From NCBI RefSeq assembly GCF_003966335.1, contig NZ_CP034549.1, positions 1,620,001-1,652,000 on the forward strand: DNA of 32,000 nucleotides. The letters run 5' to 3'. The translations under genes and the position numbers were made by a program. The notes under the pieces are model-generated. The model was given only the letters and a program-made list of their open reading frames with translations. It was not told where the DNA came from and searched no databases. Below, in pieces: positions 16,994 to 25,426 of the stretch; within the stretch, counting starts at the first letter, position 1; every line of letters begins with the position of its first letter. Source of the DNA: Nonlabens ponticola. GTDB taxonomy: Bacteria; Bacteroidota; Bacteroidia; Flavobacteriales; Flavobacteriaceae.

Positions 16994-18133
16994 TTAGCTG
17001 TTCCACTCTGGTAAATCTTCCATCCAGACTTTCATTTTGGTTTTTTTCTGGATGACACGCATATGGTGGGATTCATCCGGCGTTACTAGATTGATAACCG
17101 TTCCTGGATTCTCGGCACGACCTGTGCGGCCTATGCGGTGAATGTAATCTTTTGGTGATCGAGGCAATTCATAGTTTATGACGTAAGGCAAGAACTCAAT
17201 GTCAATACCACGAGATAGCAGATCTGTCGTTACTAGACAGCGCACACCAGTTTCTGCATAGTTTTTAAAGTCATTTAAATGACCTTGTCGTGTTCCTTGC
17301 GCTTTCTTACCGTGAATGGCTTTGGATTTGATTCCGTTAGTGTTGAGTTTGTCATTCACGTGTTCTACTTGATAAGTAGATGAACAAAATATCATGACCT
17401 GTTTCATGTCGTGCTGCTCAATTAAATGCCTGAGTAATACACCTTTCTTTTCAGGTGTTACTCGGTAGCCTAATTGCTTGATCAGTGATAGGTCCTCTTC
17501 AGGTACTTGAACGTTGATGACGACTGGATCAATTCCCATGCGCTGAATAACCAGCGATACTTTTTCTGTAAAGGTGGCAGAAAATAATAAGGATTGCTTT
17601 TTTGATGGTAAGTGGTCCAGAACCTTATCCATCTCATCCTTGAAACCCATGGATAGCATTTTGTCGGCTTCATCCAAAACAAGAATCTCAGTTTTCTTAA
17701 GACTTACCGCGTTTTTCTCTACCAATTCCAACAAACGGCCTGGCGTGGCAACTAGAATATCCACACTATTGATAATCATCATTTGCGGATTGATACTCAC
17801 ACCACCATAAACAGGCATGGTAATGAGTGGTTGCTTCATCGCTTTTGAGAAATGAATTAGCGCATCACTTACTTGGACGGCAAGCTCTCTAGTTGGAACC
17901 ATCACCAGCGCAGCTATTTCTCTGTTTGCCGATTTTTTGCCATGCAATCGTTGCAAAAGCGGTAGGGCATAGGCAATCGTTTTTCCCGAACCAGTTTTAG
18001 CAATTCCCAGCACGTCCTTTCCATCAAGAATAGGCGGTATCGCCTGTTGTTGGATAGGTGTTGGATTAGGGAAATTATCCTTTTCAAGTTGGCTAATGAA
18101 CGCGCCGTCAAGCTTTAAATCGCTAAAAGTCAT
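16994..18133 (-). CDS. DEAD-box ATP-dependent RNA helicase
   Basis: Motifs AKTGSGKT, VLDEAD, SAT and HRIGRTGR. It is a compact 379-aa core without a C-terminal extension. Confidence 0.9.
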   Translation of the reverse strand: MTFSDLKLDGAFISQLEKDNFPNPTPIQQQAIPPILDGKDVLGIAKTGSGKTIAYALPLLQRLHGKKSANREIAALVMVPTRELAVQVSDALIHFSKAMKQPLITMPVYGGVSINPQMMIINSVDILVATPGRLLELVEKNAVSLKKTEILVLDEADKMLSMGFKDEMDKVLDHLPSKKQSLLFSATFTEKVSLVIQRMGIDPVVINVQVPEEDLSLIKQLGYRVTPEKKGVLLRHLIEQHDMKQVMIFCSSTYQVEHVNDKLNTNGIKSKAIHGKKAQGTRQGHLNDFKNYAETGVRCLVTTDLLSRGIDIEFLPYVINYELPRSPKDYIHRIGRTGRAENPGTVINLVTPDESHHMRVIQKKTKMKVWMEDLPEWNS

Positions 18134-18235
18134 AAAGTGTTGTGAGATGCAAAGGTAATGGTAAGAATTGCTAAACCTATGCTAAGTCACTGGATGGATA
18201 ATTCAGTCTGATAGATCACTCTTTATATTTAGAGT

Positions 18236-18835
18236 ATGAACAAATTACCGCAGTCCTATTATGAGAAACAAGACGTTGTTTTTCTCGCCAGAGATTTAAT
18301 AGGTAAAACCATTGTATCTATAATTGATGGCAACCGCACTAGCGGAATCATCACAGAGACTGAAGCCTACAGAGGTTATGATGACAAAGCTTGTCATGCG
18401 CATTTAGGCAGGTTTACAGATCGCACCAAAATTATGTATGAGACTGGTGGCGTGGCTTACGTTTACCTATGTTACGGAATCCATCATTTGTTCAATATCA
18501 TTACCAATACTCAGGATAATGCAGATGCGATATTAATACGAGCTGTGGAGCCTATTGATGGTATTGACATTATGAAGCAACGTCGTGGCAAGGAAAAGCT
18601 GGACAAGACTTTGACCTCAGGTCCTGGTAATTTTAGCAAGGCCTTTGCGCTGGACAAATCTCATTACGGCGCAGATCTTACCGGCGATACCGTATGGATT
18701 GAAGAATCAAATAAATCCATTGATCCTGAGGAAATCATTATAAGCAAGCGCATAGGTATTGACTATGCCGATGAGGATAAAGATCTACCGTGGCGTTTTT
18801 ACCTCAATACTTCAAAATTTGTGAGCAAGCGTTAG
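18236..18835 (+). CDS. mpg: DNA-3-methyladenine glycosylase (AAG/Mpg family)
   Basis: 199 aa with ITETEAYRG...DKACHA, a family signature. Confidence 0.85.
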   Translation: MNKLPQSYYEKQDVVFLARDLIGKTIVSIIDGNRTSGIITETEAYRGYDDKACHAHLGRFTDRTKIMYETGGVAYVYLCYGIHHLFNIITNTQDNADAILIRAVEPIDGIDIMKQRRGKEKLDKTLTSGPGNFSKAFALDKSHYGADLTGDTVWIEESNKSIDPEEIIISKRIGIDYADEDKDLPWRFYLNTSKFVSKR

Positions 18836-18943
18836 ACCGTGATCTTTTGACAGGTTTTAGTTAGGAATTCCAGGGCTAATCTGCCAGCATGTCAAAAAAC
18901 TAGTTTGGTACTTGATTTGACCAGTGAGGTTGGTTGTGTTTTT

Positions 18944-18962
18944 GCTTTCGCGAAAGCGTAAC
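18944..18962. repeat. palindrome copy GCTTTCGCGAAAGCGTAAC, 30 bp upstream of htpG
   Basis: Read directly. Confidence 0.9.
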
Positions 18963-18991
18963 TATCACAATTAAATTTAAACACATAAAAT

Positions 18992-20884
18992 ATGTCACAA
19001 CAAGGAAAAATTAATGTTGCTGTAGAGAACATCTTCCCATTAATCAAGAAGTTCCTGTATAGCGATCACGAGATTTTTTTAAGAGAATTGATATCCAATG
19101 CGACCGATGCTACACTAAAATTGAAGCACCTAGCCAGCATAGGCGAGGCGAGTGTAGAGTTGGGCGACCAGCAAATTGAAGTGAAGATCGATAAGGACGG
19201 CAAGAAGCTGCATATTATTGATCAAGGTATAGGTATGACCGAGGATGAGGTGCAGAAGTACATCAATGAGGTGGCCTTTTCTGGAGCTGAGGAATTTCTA
19301 GAGAAATATAAAGATACGGCTAGCGATAGTGGTATTATTGGTCACTTTGGTCTTGGGTTTTATAGTGCCTTTATGGTGGCTGATAAGGTTGAGATCATGA
19401 CCAAATCATATAAGGACGAGCCAGCAGTGCACTGGAGCTGTGATGGATCACCTAACTATACGATCGAGGCGGCAGATAAGAAAGACTTTGGTACCGAGAT
19501 CATTTTGCACATCTCTGACGATGAGCAAGAGTTTCTAGAAGAAAGCCGCATACGTGAGCTATTGGTCAAGTACAATAAGTTCATGCCAGTGCCTATCAAA
19601 TTTGGTACGAAGACTATCACGCTAGACAAGCCAGAAGACGCCAAAGAAGATGATCCAGCACCGACTGAAGAAGTCGATAATATCATCAATAATCCTAATC
19701 CAGCATGGACCAAGCAGCCTAGCGAGCTAGAAGACAAGGATTATAAGGAGTTTTATATAGAGTTGTACCCAATGCAATTTGAGGAGCCTCTCTTTAATAT
19801 TCACCTGAATGTAGATTATCCATTCAACTTGACGGGTATCCTGTATTTCCCAAAAATGACACAGGACCTAAACGTGCAAAAGGATCGCATCCAGCTGTAT
19901 CAAAATCAAGTGTTTGTAACGGATAATGTGGAAGGAATCGTACCAGAATTCCTGACTATGCTGCGTGGAGTCATCGACAGTCCAGATATACCACTGAATG
20001 TTTCTCGTTCTTATCTGCAAGCTGATGGTGCTGTTAAGAAAATATCCAGCTACATCACCCGTAAAGTAGCAGATAAGCTCAAGTCCTTATTCAACGAAGA
20101 CCGCAAGGCTTTTGAAGAAAAGTGGAACGATATCAAGATCGTCATCGAGTACGGTATGTTGAGTGAGGAGAAATTCTTTGAGAAGAGCGATGCCTTTGCA
20201 TTATATCCTACGGTCGATGGTACTTATTACACCTGGAGTGAGTTGATGGACAAGATCAAACCTACTCAAACTGATAAGGATGATAAGACGGTCATATTAT
20301 ATGCATCTAACAAGGACGAGCAGCACAGCTACTTGAAAGCTGCTAAAGACAAAGGTTATGAAGTTTTATTGTTAGACTCGCCGATCGTGAGCCACTTGAT
20401 GCAAAAGCTAGAAACCTCTAAAGAGAAAGTAAGCTTTGCCCGTGTGGATGCAGATCATGTAGATAATTTGATTAAGAAAGAAGAAGATCAAATATCAAAG
20501 TTGTCTGATGACGAGAAGGAAGAATTGAAAACCAGTATCACAGAAGCTATAGACAACAGCAACTTCACTGTTCAAGTAGAACCTATGAGCAGTGATGCAG
20601 CGCCATTCATCATCACACAACCAGAGTTCATGCGTCGCATGAAAGAGATGCAGGCAACTGGTGGCGGTGGCGGCATGATGGGCTTTGGTAACATGCCAGA
20701 CATGTACAATCTTGTAGTCAATGCAAACCATGAGTTGGTTCAAGAGATATTTAGTACTAAAACGAAGAAGAAAAAGGATCGATTGATCCAGCAATCTTTT
20801 GATTTGGCCAGGTTATCCCAAGGACTTTTAAAAGGTGAAGCGTTGACTCAATTTGTCAACAGAAGTTATGAGTTGATCAAGTAG
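18992..20884 (+). CDS. htpG: molecular chaperone HtpG (Hsp90)
   Basis: 630 aa. GHKL ATPase motifs ELISNATDA and GHFGLGFYSAF. The length is typical of bacterial HtpG. Confidence 0.95.
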   Translation: MSQQGKINVAVENIFPLIKKFLYSDHEIFLRELISNATDATLKLKHLASIGEASVELGDQQIEVKIDKDGKKLHIIDQGIGMTEDEVQKYINEVAFSGAEEFLEKYKDTASDSGIIGHFGLGFYSAFMVADKVEIMTKSYKDEPAVHWSCDGSPNYTIEAADKKDFGTEIILHISDDEQEFLEESRIRELLVKYNKFMPVPIKFGTKTITLDKPEDAKEDDPAPTEEVDNIINNPNPAWTKQPSELEDKDYKEFYIELYPMQFEEPLFNIHLNVDYPFNLTGILYFPKMTQDLNVQKDRIQLYQNQVFVTDNVEGIVPEFLTMLRGVIDSPDIPLNVSRSYLQADGAVKKISSYITRKVADKLKSLFNEDRKAFEEKWNDIKIVIEYGMLSEEKFFEKSDAFALYPTVDGTYYTWSELMDKIKPTQTDKDDKTVILYASNKDEQHSYLKAAKDKGYEVLLLDSPIVSHLMQKLETSKEKVSFARVDADHVDNLIKKEEDQISKLSDDEKEELKTSITEAIDNSNFTVQVEPMSSDAAPFIITQPEFMRRMKEMQATGGGGGMMGFGNMPDMYNLVVNANHELVQEIFSTKTKKKKDRLIQQSFDLARLSQGLLKGEALTQFVNRSYELIK

Positions 20885-20904
20885 ATAAACTATATATTTT
20901 GATT

Positions 20905-20931
20905 AAAAGCTCCTATACGGGAGCTTTTTTT
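20905..20931 (+). terminator. rho-independent terminator of htpG
   Basis: aaaAGCTCCtatacgGGAGCTttttttt. A 6-bp GC-rich stem is followed by a T7 run, 20 nt after the stop. Confidence 0.8.
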
Positions 20932-21389
20932 ATGCTCTAAATCTAAAGCCTGAAGTTTCTTAAAATTATGTTTACTTTTTTATGGTAATTACTTCAACAA
21001 AAATTCCTTTTAAGATTCACATTTGCTAATTGCAGTTGTAGGAAATATTGTCAAACATTGTATTTCAACGTGTTAACAAAGATTTAACATATTCTTCTAA
21101 TCCATTGATTTTGCAGATAAAATTTTATGTAAAAATTAGTCAAAAGCAATTATTCGATAAACGGTATTAGGAATATAGGTAGGAAGTAATGCTATATTTG
21201 ACATGTCTGATTTGTAGTTGAGATCATGCCCCTTTTGATCTTAAAAATTAGCCAATGGTTATCCCCAAACTGTTGAAAGTGAAATTCCCTTGTTGAAATG
21301 GACTTGTGTCCCTGTAAATGTTGAATTAGATGCGTAAGATCTAATTTGATAGCTCATAATGTGTATTTATTAATTCTAAATATTTAATT
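20932..21389 (+). promoter_or_regulatory. 458-bp AT-rich non-coding leader / regulatory region of the curli-like locus
   Basis: No credible ORF. Direct repeats TGTTGAAA (21271-21278), TGTTGAAA (21291-21298) and TGTTGAAT (21319-21326) are present. Inverted GTTGAA copies lie at 20993-20999 and 21063-21069. One Bacteroidetes-type -7 box candidate, TATATTTG (TAnnTTTG), is at 21193-21200, but I see no convincing -33 TTG. Confidence 0.45.
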
Positions 21390-22703
21390 ATGAAAAGAGT
21401 AATTCTTTGTGCTTCGGCACTACTGGCAGGCGGCTTTGCGATGGCACAGCAACCAGCACCACAGACTGTTCCCACAAGAACAGCTCAAACTATCGCACCA
21501 CGCGTGGTCACCATACCTACTGCAGGTGCAAGCGCAGGAAGCAACTATTCTGACATCGATCAGGCCGGTATAGGTAGTGATGCCACTGTGAAACAACAAG
21601 GTACAGCACAGGGCTCCTTTATTTCTCAAGTAGGAAGCGACAATGCCAATCGTAATGATGTTGTTGTAAGACAATGGGGTAATGTAACTGCTCTTAGTGG
21701 TGAAGGAAACTATGGAGAAGTTGATCAAAATGGTGCAGGTAATACATTTTACGGTACCCAAGAAGGTGACTTTAACCAGATGTTCTCTACTCAAGTAGGT
21801 CTAGACAATGATGTATACGTACAACAAGGTGATGACACTGCTGAGCAGGCTGAAGGGAATTTAGCAATAGTCGATCAGGATGGATCAATCAACGTAGCCT
21901 CTGTTGAGCAACGTTTTGATAACAATCAGTCATCAATCACTCAAAGAAATAGTGTTGGCGCGATCAGTGGTAACGTTTCCTACCAAGATCAGGTAGCTAA
22001 TCCAAATCAGTCTGCGGGTCATGTAGCAATAGGTGAGCAATGGGGTGAAGGTAATGAATTGGCGCAATTTCAGGTAGGGCCTGGTGACGGTAACTATGCT
22101 GAGGCCTTACAAGGTAATGCAACAGATGCTGCTCAAGGAGGATTTGTGCAACAAGTTCAAACTGGTTCATTAAATGAAGCTTACGCAACTCAAATAGGAG
22201 TAGATAACACATTGTATCAAGAACAAGACGGTAGCGGCAACACAGCACAAGCTATTCAGGCTGATAATCCTGCAAGTGGTAATGATATGGTTGCTATGCA
22301 ATATCAAAGTGGAGATGATCACAGTGCCTATGTAAAGCAAAATGGTTCTTTGAATGAGGCATATCAAGAACAATTTGGTGAAGGCAACATTTCTAACATT
22401 GAGCAAAGAGGTGGCGTGAATCCACTAGAAGCAAATCTAGCAACTACTTTACAAAGTGGAGCGTTGAACCAATCTGATATACTTCAAAAAACAAGAGGTA
22501 ACGTATCATTTGTTGACCAATTAGGGAATGGTCACCAATCAATAATTAACCAAAATGCTAACGGAACATCAGCTCCAGGAGCACAAGGATTCAATACTGC
22601 AACTGTTTCTCAACGTAATGCAAACGTTTCTTTCTCGCCAGCTCAATCTCGCACTTTTGTAGGAACGCCAGCTGCTCAAAGAGTACGTAACAATAACAAC
22701 TAA
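21390..22703 (+). CDS. giant curlin-repeat protein, paralog 1 (CsgA-like functional amyloid subunit)
   Basis: 437 aa with a signal peptide (MKRVILCASALLAGGFAMAQ). The mature part is Q/N/G/A/D-rich and Cys-free. It is built from many Q-x-G-x-x-N-x-(A/F)-x3-Q modules, e.g. VDQNGAGNTFYGTQEGDFNQMFSTQVGLDNDVYVQQG. Confidence 0.8.
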   Translation: MKRVILCASALLAGGFAMAQQPAPQTVPTRTAQTIAPRVVTIPTAGASAGSNYSDIDQAGIGSDATVKQQGTAQGSFISQVGSDNANRNDVVVRQWGNVTALSGEGNYGEVDQNGAGNTFYGTQEGDFNQMFSTQVGLDNDVYVQQGDDTAEQAEGNLAIVDQDGSINVASVEQRFDNNQSSITQRNSVGAISGNVSYQDQVANPNQSAGHVAIGEQWGEGNELAQFQVGPGDGNYAEALQGNATDAAQGGFVQQVQTGSLNEAYATQIGVDNTLYQEQDGSGNTAQAIQADNPASGNDMVAMQYQSGDDHSAYVKQNGSLNEAYQEQFGEGNISNIEQRGGVNPLEANLATTLQSGALNQSDILQKTRGNVSFVDQLGNGHQSIINQNANGTSAPGAQGFNTATVSQRNANVSFSPAQSRTFVGTPAAQRVRNNNN

Positions 22704-22711
22704 AACATTTT

Positions 22712-22741
22712 ATCCAGGTGAGGTTTTTATCTCATCTGGAT
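22712..22741 (+). terminator. intercistronic stem-loop after curlin 1 (possible partial terminator / mRNA stabiliser)
   Basis: ATCCAGGTGAG-gtttttat-CTCATCTGGAT. The 11-bp stem has one G-U pair and is followed by a weak T-tract (tcttt). Confidence 0.5.
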
Positions 22742-22757
22742 CTTTAAAACACACATT

Positions 22758-24026
22758 ATGAAACATTTAATTATAACTGCTTCAGCTCTATTGGTAGGAT
22801 CGATAGCTGCAGCACAATCGCAACAACCTATAGTGGCACCTGTTGCACAGACAATTTCAACTGCGAGCGCTGCGCAAGGTGGCAACTCTTCTAAGGTTGA
22901 TCAATCAGGTATAGGTAGTGATGCTGTTGTGGCACAACAAGGTACCGCAAACGGTTCATTCATTGCTCAGGCAGGTACTGACAATGGAAATCGCAACGTG
23001 GCTGACGTACTACAACATGGTAATGTACAGCCTAGCATTAGCGGTCACTTAAACTACTCAGACATCGCACAGGTAGGAGCTGGAAATGAGTTTATGGTGA
23101 CTCAACAAGGTGATCTAAACCAGATGTTTGGTACTCAAGATGGTGTTGATAATGCCGCACTGGTACAACAAGGCGCTGATGGACCGCAGCAAGCTGAAGG
23201 TAATTTAGCTTTAGTAGATCAGTCAGGTCTAGGCAATGATGCGGAAGTACAGCAGCGTTGGGATAACAATCAGTCAAGCATTTTACAAAGTAATGATGCG
23301 GTTGCGGGTGTAGGTAACAAATCATTCCAAAGTCAAAAAGCTAATCCTAACCAGTCTGCAGGACACCGTGCAATAGGTGAGCAGTATGGTGATGGTAATC
23401 AATTGGTCCAAATTCAAGAAGGTCCAGGTTCTGGAAACTACGCGCAATCTAATCAAGGTAATGCAACAACTGCAGCAACAACTGCTTTTGCACAGCAGGT
23501 ACAGTCTGGTGAAGGAAATGAAGCATACAATACCCAATTTGGTGTGAATGATGAATCTTTCCAGGAGCAAGTTGGGTCTGACAACCTTGCAGAAGTAAAG
23601 CAAAATACACTTCCTACTATTGGTGCAGATAACTATGCGGCACAGTTCCAGGATGGATCTGATAATGAAGCTCGTGCTGATCAAAACGGATTTAATCAAG
23701 ATGCTTTTCAAGAGCAGTACGGAACTAATAATGTCTCTACAATCAAACAACGCGCTGGACAAGTTGCTGGTAATCTAGCTCTTTCTATTCAAAGAGGAGA
23801 TGCTAATATATCTGCAATTACTCAAAACCTTGATGGAAATAGTGCTATGGTAGATCAGTTAGGAGATGGCCATCACAGTGTGGTAAATCAAAATGCCTCT
23901 CAAAATGCATCTGCGAGACCTAATGCTGGCTTCAATACGGCAACCGTAACTCAAAGAAATGCAAACGTTTCATTGACTCGTGCGACTCAAAGAGCAGCAG
24001 CTGTCAAGAGACACTTCAACAATTAA
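22758..24026 (+). CDS. giant curlin-repeat protein, paralog 2
   Basis: 422 aa with a signal peptide. It shares conserved blocks with paralogs 1 and 3 (GIGSDA.V.QQGTA.GSFI.Q; ANPNQSAGH.AIGEQ.G.GN.L.Q.Q.GPG.GNYA; GFNTATVTQRNANVS). Confidence 0.8.
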   Translation: MKHLIITASALLVGSIAAAQSQQPIVAPVAQTISTASAAQGGNSSKVDQSGIGSDAVVAQQGTANGSFIAQAGTDNGNRNVADVLQHGNVQPSISGHLNYSDIAQVGAGNEFMVTQQGDLNQMFGTQDGVDNAALVQQGADGPQQAEGNLALVDQSGLGNDAEVQQRWDNNQSSILQSNDAVAGVGNKSFQSQKANPNQSAGHRAIGEQYGDGNQLVQIQEGPGSGNYAQSNQGNATTAATTAFAQQVQSGEGNEAYNTQFGVNDESFQEQVGSDNLAEVKQNTLPTIGADNYAAQFQDGSDNEARADQNGFNQDAFQEQYGTNNVSTIKQRAGQVAGNLALSIQRGDANISAITQNLDGNSAMVDQLGDGHHSVVNQNASQNASARPNAGFNTATVTQRNANVSLTRATQRAAAVKRHFNN

Positions 24027-24037
24027 TCAACCTTTTT

Positions 24038-24063
24038 TAATCCACCAGTGAACACTGGTGGAT
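24038..24063 (+). terminator. intercistronic stem-loop after curlin 2
   Basis: AATCCACCAGTG-aa-CACTGGTGGATT is a perfect 12-bp inverted repeat. Realistically this is a 10-bp stem with a 6-nt loop. An A/T-rich tail follows. Confidence 0.55.
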
Positions 24064-24085
24064 TATTAATATTAAAAAACGAATT

Positions 24086-25360
24086 ATGAAGTACACAATA
24101 ATAACGGCTGCTATCCTTTTAGGTGGATCAGTAGCTATGGCTCAAGGTCCGGTACGTAAAGCGGTAACCACGCCAGTTGTAAAGACAAATCCTAAGGCAG
24201 GTGCTACTGTAGGTAGCAACTACTCTGAAATTGATCAGGTTGGAATAGGTAGTGATGCCTTTGTAGAACAACAAGGAACTGCAAATGGATCATTCATCCT
24301 ACAAACAGGAGCTGCTAAAATGAACCGCAACTCGGTTGATTTACGTCAATGGGGTAATGTAACTGCCGCAAGTGGTGAGGCAAATTATTCATCAGCTATT
24401 CAAGATGGCTCTGGAAATAGTCTTGTTGCAGATCAATCTGGTGATGCAAACAGTCTATTCAGTACACAAGTAGGTCTTGATAACGAGGCAATTCTTGCGC
24501 AAGGAAGCATGACTGCTCAAAAGGCAGAAAATAACATATCTGTCATCGATCAAGACGGTAAGGATAACTTTGCCACCGTTTTTCAAGGATTTGATGATAA
24601 TGAAGCATCTATCCTTCAAAGAAATGATCAAGTGACTGGTGTTGGTAATCGCGCTTTTCAAGATCAGCGCTCTAATCCTAATGGTAGTGCTCTCGCTAAT
24701 ACCGCGATAGGTACTCAGTATGGTGACGGCAACGACCTTGTACAAATTCAAAGTGGTCCTGGAAACGATAATTATGCTGAGGCCAATCAAGGTGATGCAG
24801 CAACAGCTGCTTCTGGAGCATTTGTACAACAAGTACAAACTGGAGACGGTAACGAGGCATTTGCTGATCAATTCTTGACTGGTGATACGGCCTTCCAAAC
24901 GCAATCAGGTTCTGACAACGTTGCTGTGGCGAGACAAAATACCGCTGGTGTATCAACTGGAGGAAATAATTTGACCGATCAATGGCAAGAAGGAGAAAAC
25001 AACAGAGCTACCTCTAATCAATTTGGAAACAACAACAGTTCTTTCCAGGAGCAGTACGGTGAGCGTAATAGTTCTGTAACTACTCAGGCGATGGGTCAAG
25101 ATGCAGGAAATCTAGCAAATAGCATTCAATCTGGGATCAGAAATATTTCTCGTATTGATCAAGGAGCACATGGTAATGTATCATTTGTTGACCAGACAGG
25201 TGATAGACAACACAGTATCATAAAGCAAAATCGTCCAGGTATTGGTGGTACGGTAGCAGAAGGTTACAACACTGCAACTGTTACACAACGCAACGCAAAT
25301 GTTGCTTTGACTGCTCAAACTCAAAGAGCAGCAACAATCAAGCGTCGTTTTGATGACTAA
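24086..25360 (+). CDS. giant curlin-repeat protein, paralog 3
   Basis: 424 aa with a signal peptide, the same module architecture, and the conserved C-terminal block YNTATVTQRNANVALTAQTQRAATIKRRFDD. Confidence 0.8.
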   Translation: MKYTIITAAILLGGSVAMAQGPVRKAVTTPVVKTNPKAGATVGSNYSEIDQVGIGSDAFVEQQGTANGSFILQTGAAKMNRNSVDLRQWGNVTAASGEANYSSAIQDGSGNSLVADQSGDANSLFSTQVGLDNEAILAQGSMTAQKAENNISVIDQDGKDNFATVFQGFDDNEASILQRNDQVTGVGNRAFQDQRSNPNGSALANTAIGTQYGDGNDLVQIQSGPGNDNYAEANQGDAATAASGAFVQQVQTGDGNEAFADQFLTGDTAFQTQSGSDNVAVARQNTAGVSTGGNNLTDQWQEGENNRATSNQFGNNNSSFQEQYGERNSSVTTQAMGQDAGNLANSIQSGIRNISRIDQGAHGNVSFVDQTGDRQHSIIKQNRPGIGGTVAEGYNTATVTQRNANVALTAQTQRAATIKRRFDD

Positions 25361-25374
25361 TTAATTTAATAAAT

Positions 25375-25411
25375 AATGTTGGGATGTGAAGTAGGGTAGC
25401 ATCCCAACATT
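25375..25411 (+). terminator. intercistronic stem-loop after curlin 3 (terminator-like)
   Basis: AATGTTGGGATG-(13 nt loop)-CATCCCAACATT is a perfect 12-bp stem followed by ttataatt. Confidence 0.6.
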
Positions 25412-25426
25412 TTATAATTGAAGCTT

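Noticed and set aside
21420-24956. Antisense ORFs (77-149 aa) inside the three giant curlin genes
   Set aside because: The sense frames have signal peptides and coherent curlin modules. The antisense frames are Leu/Ile/Cys/Ser-rich mirror products of the CAA/GGT/AAT-rich repeats.
21540-25300. Apparent enrichment of GATC sites in the curlin genes (possible Dam-type regulation)
   Set aside because: The sites arise from the recurrent (V/I)-D-Q codons (GAT-CAA/CAG) of the repeat motif. There is no independent evidence for a methylation role.
22593-25360. Conserved C-terminal block of the giant curlins as a type IX secretion (T9SS) C-terminal domain
   Set aside because: The conserved tail is only ~30 residues (TATVTQRNANV...KR.F), which is far shorter than a T9SS CTD beta-sandwich. 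A complete CsgEFG export set is encoded next door.
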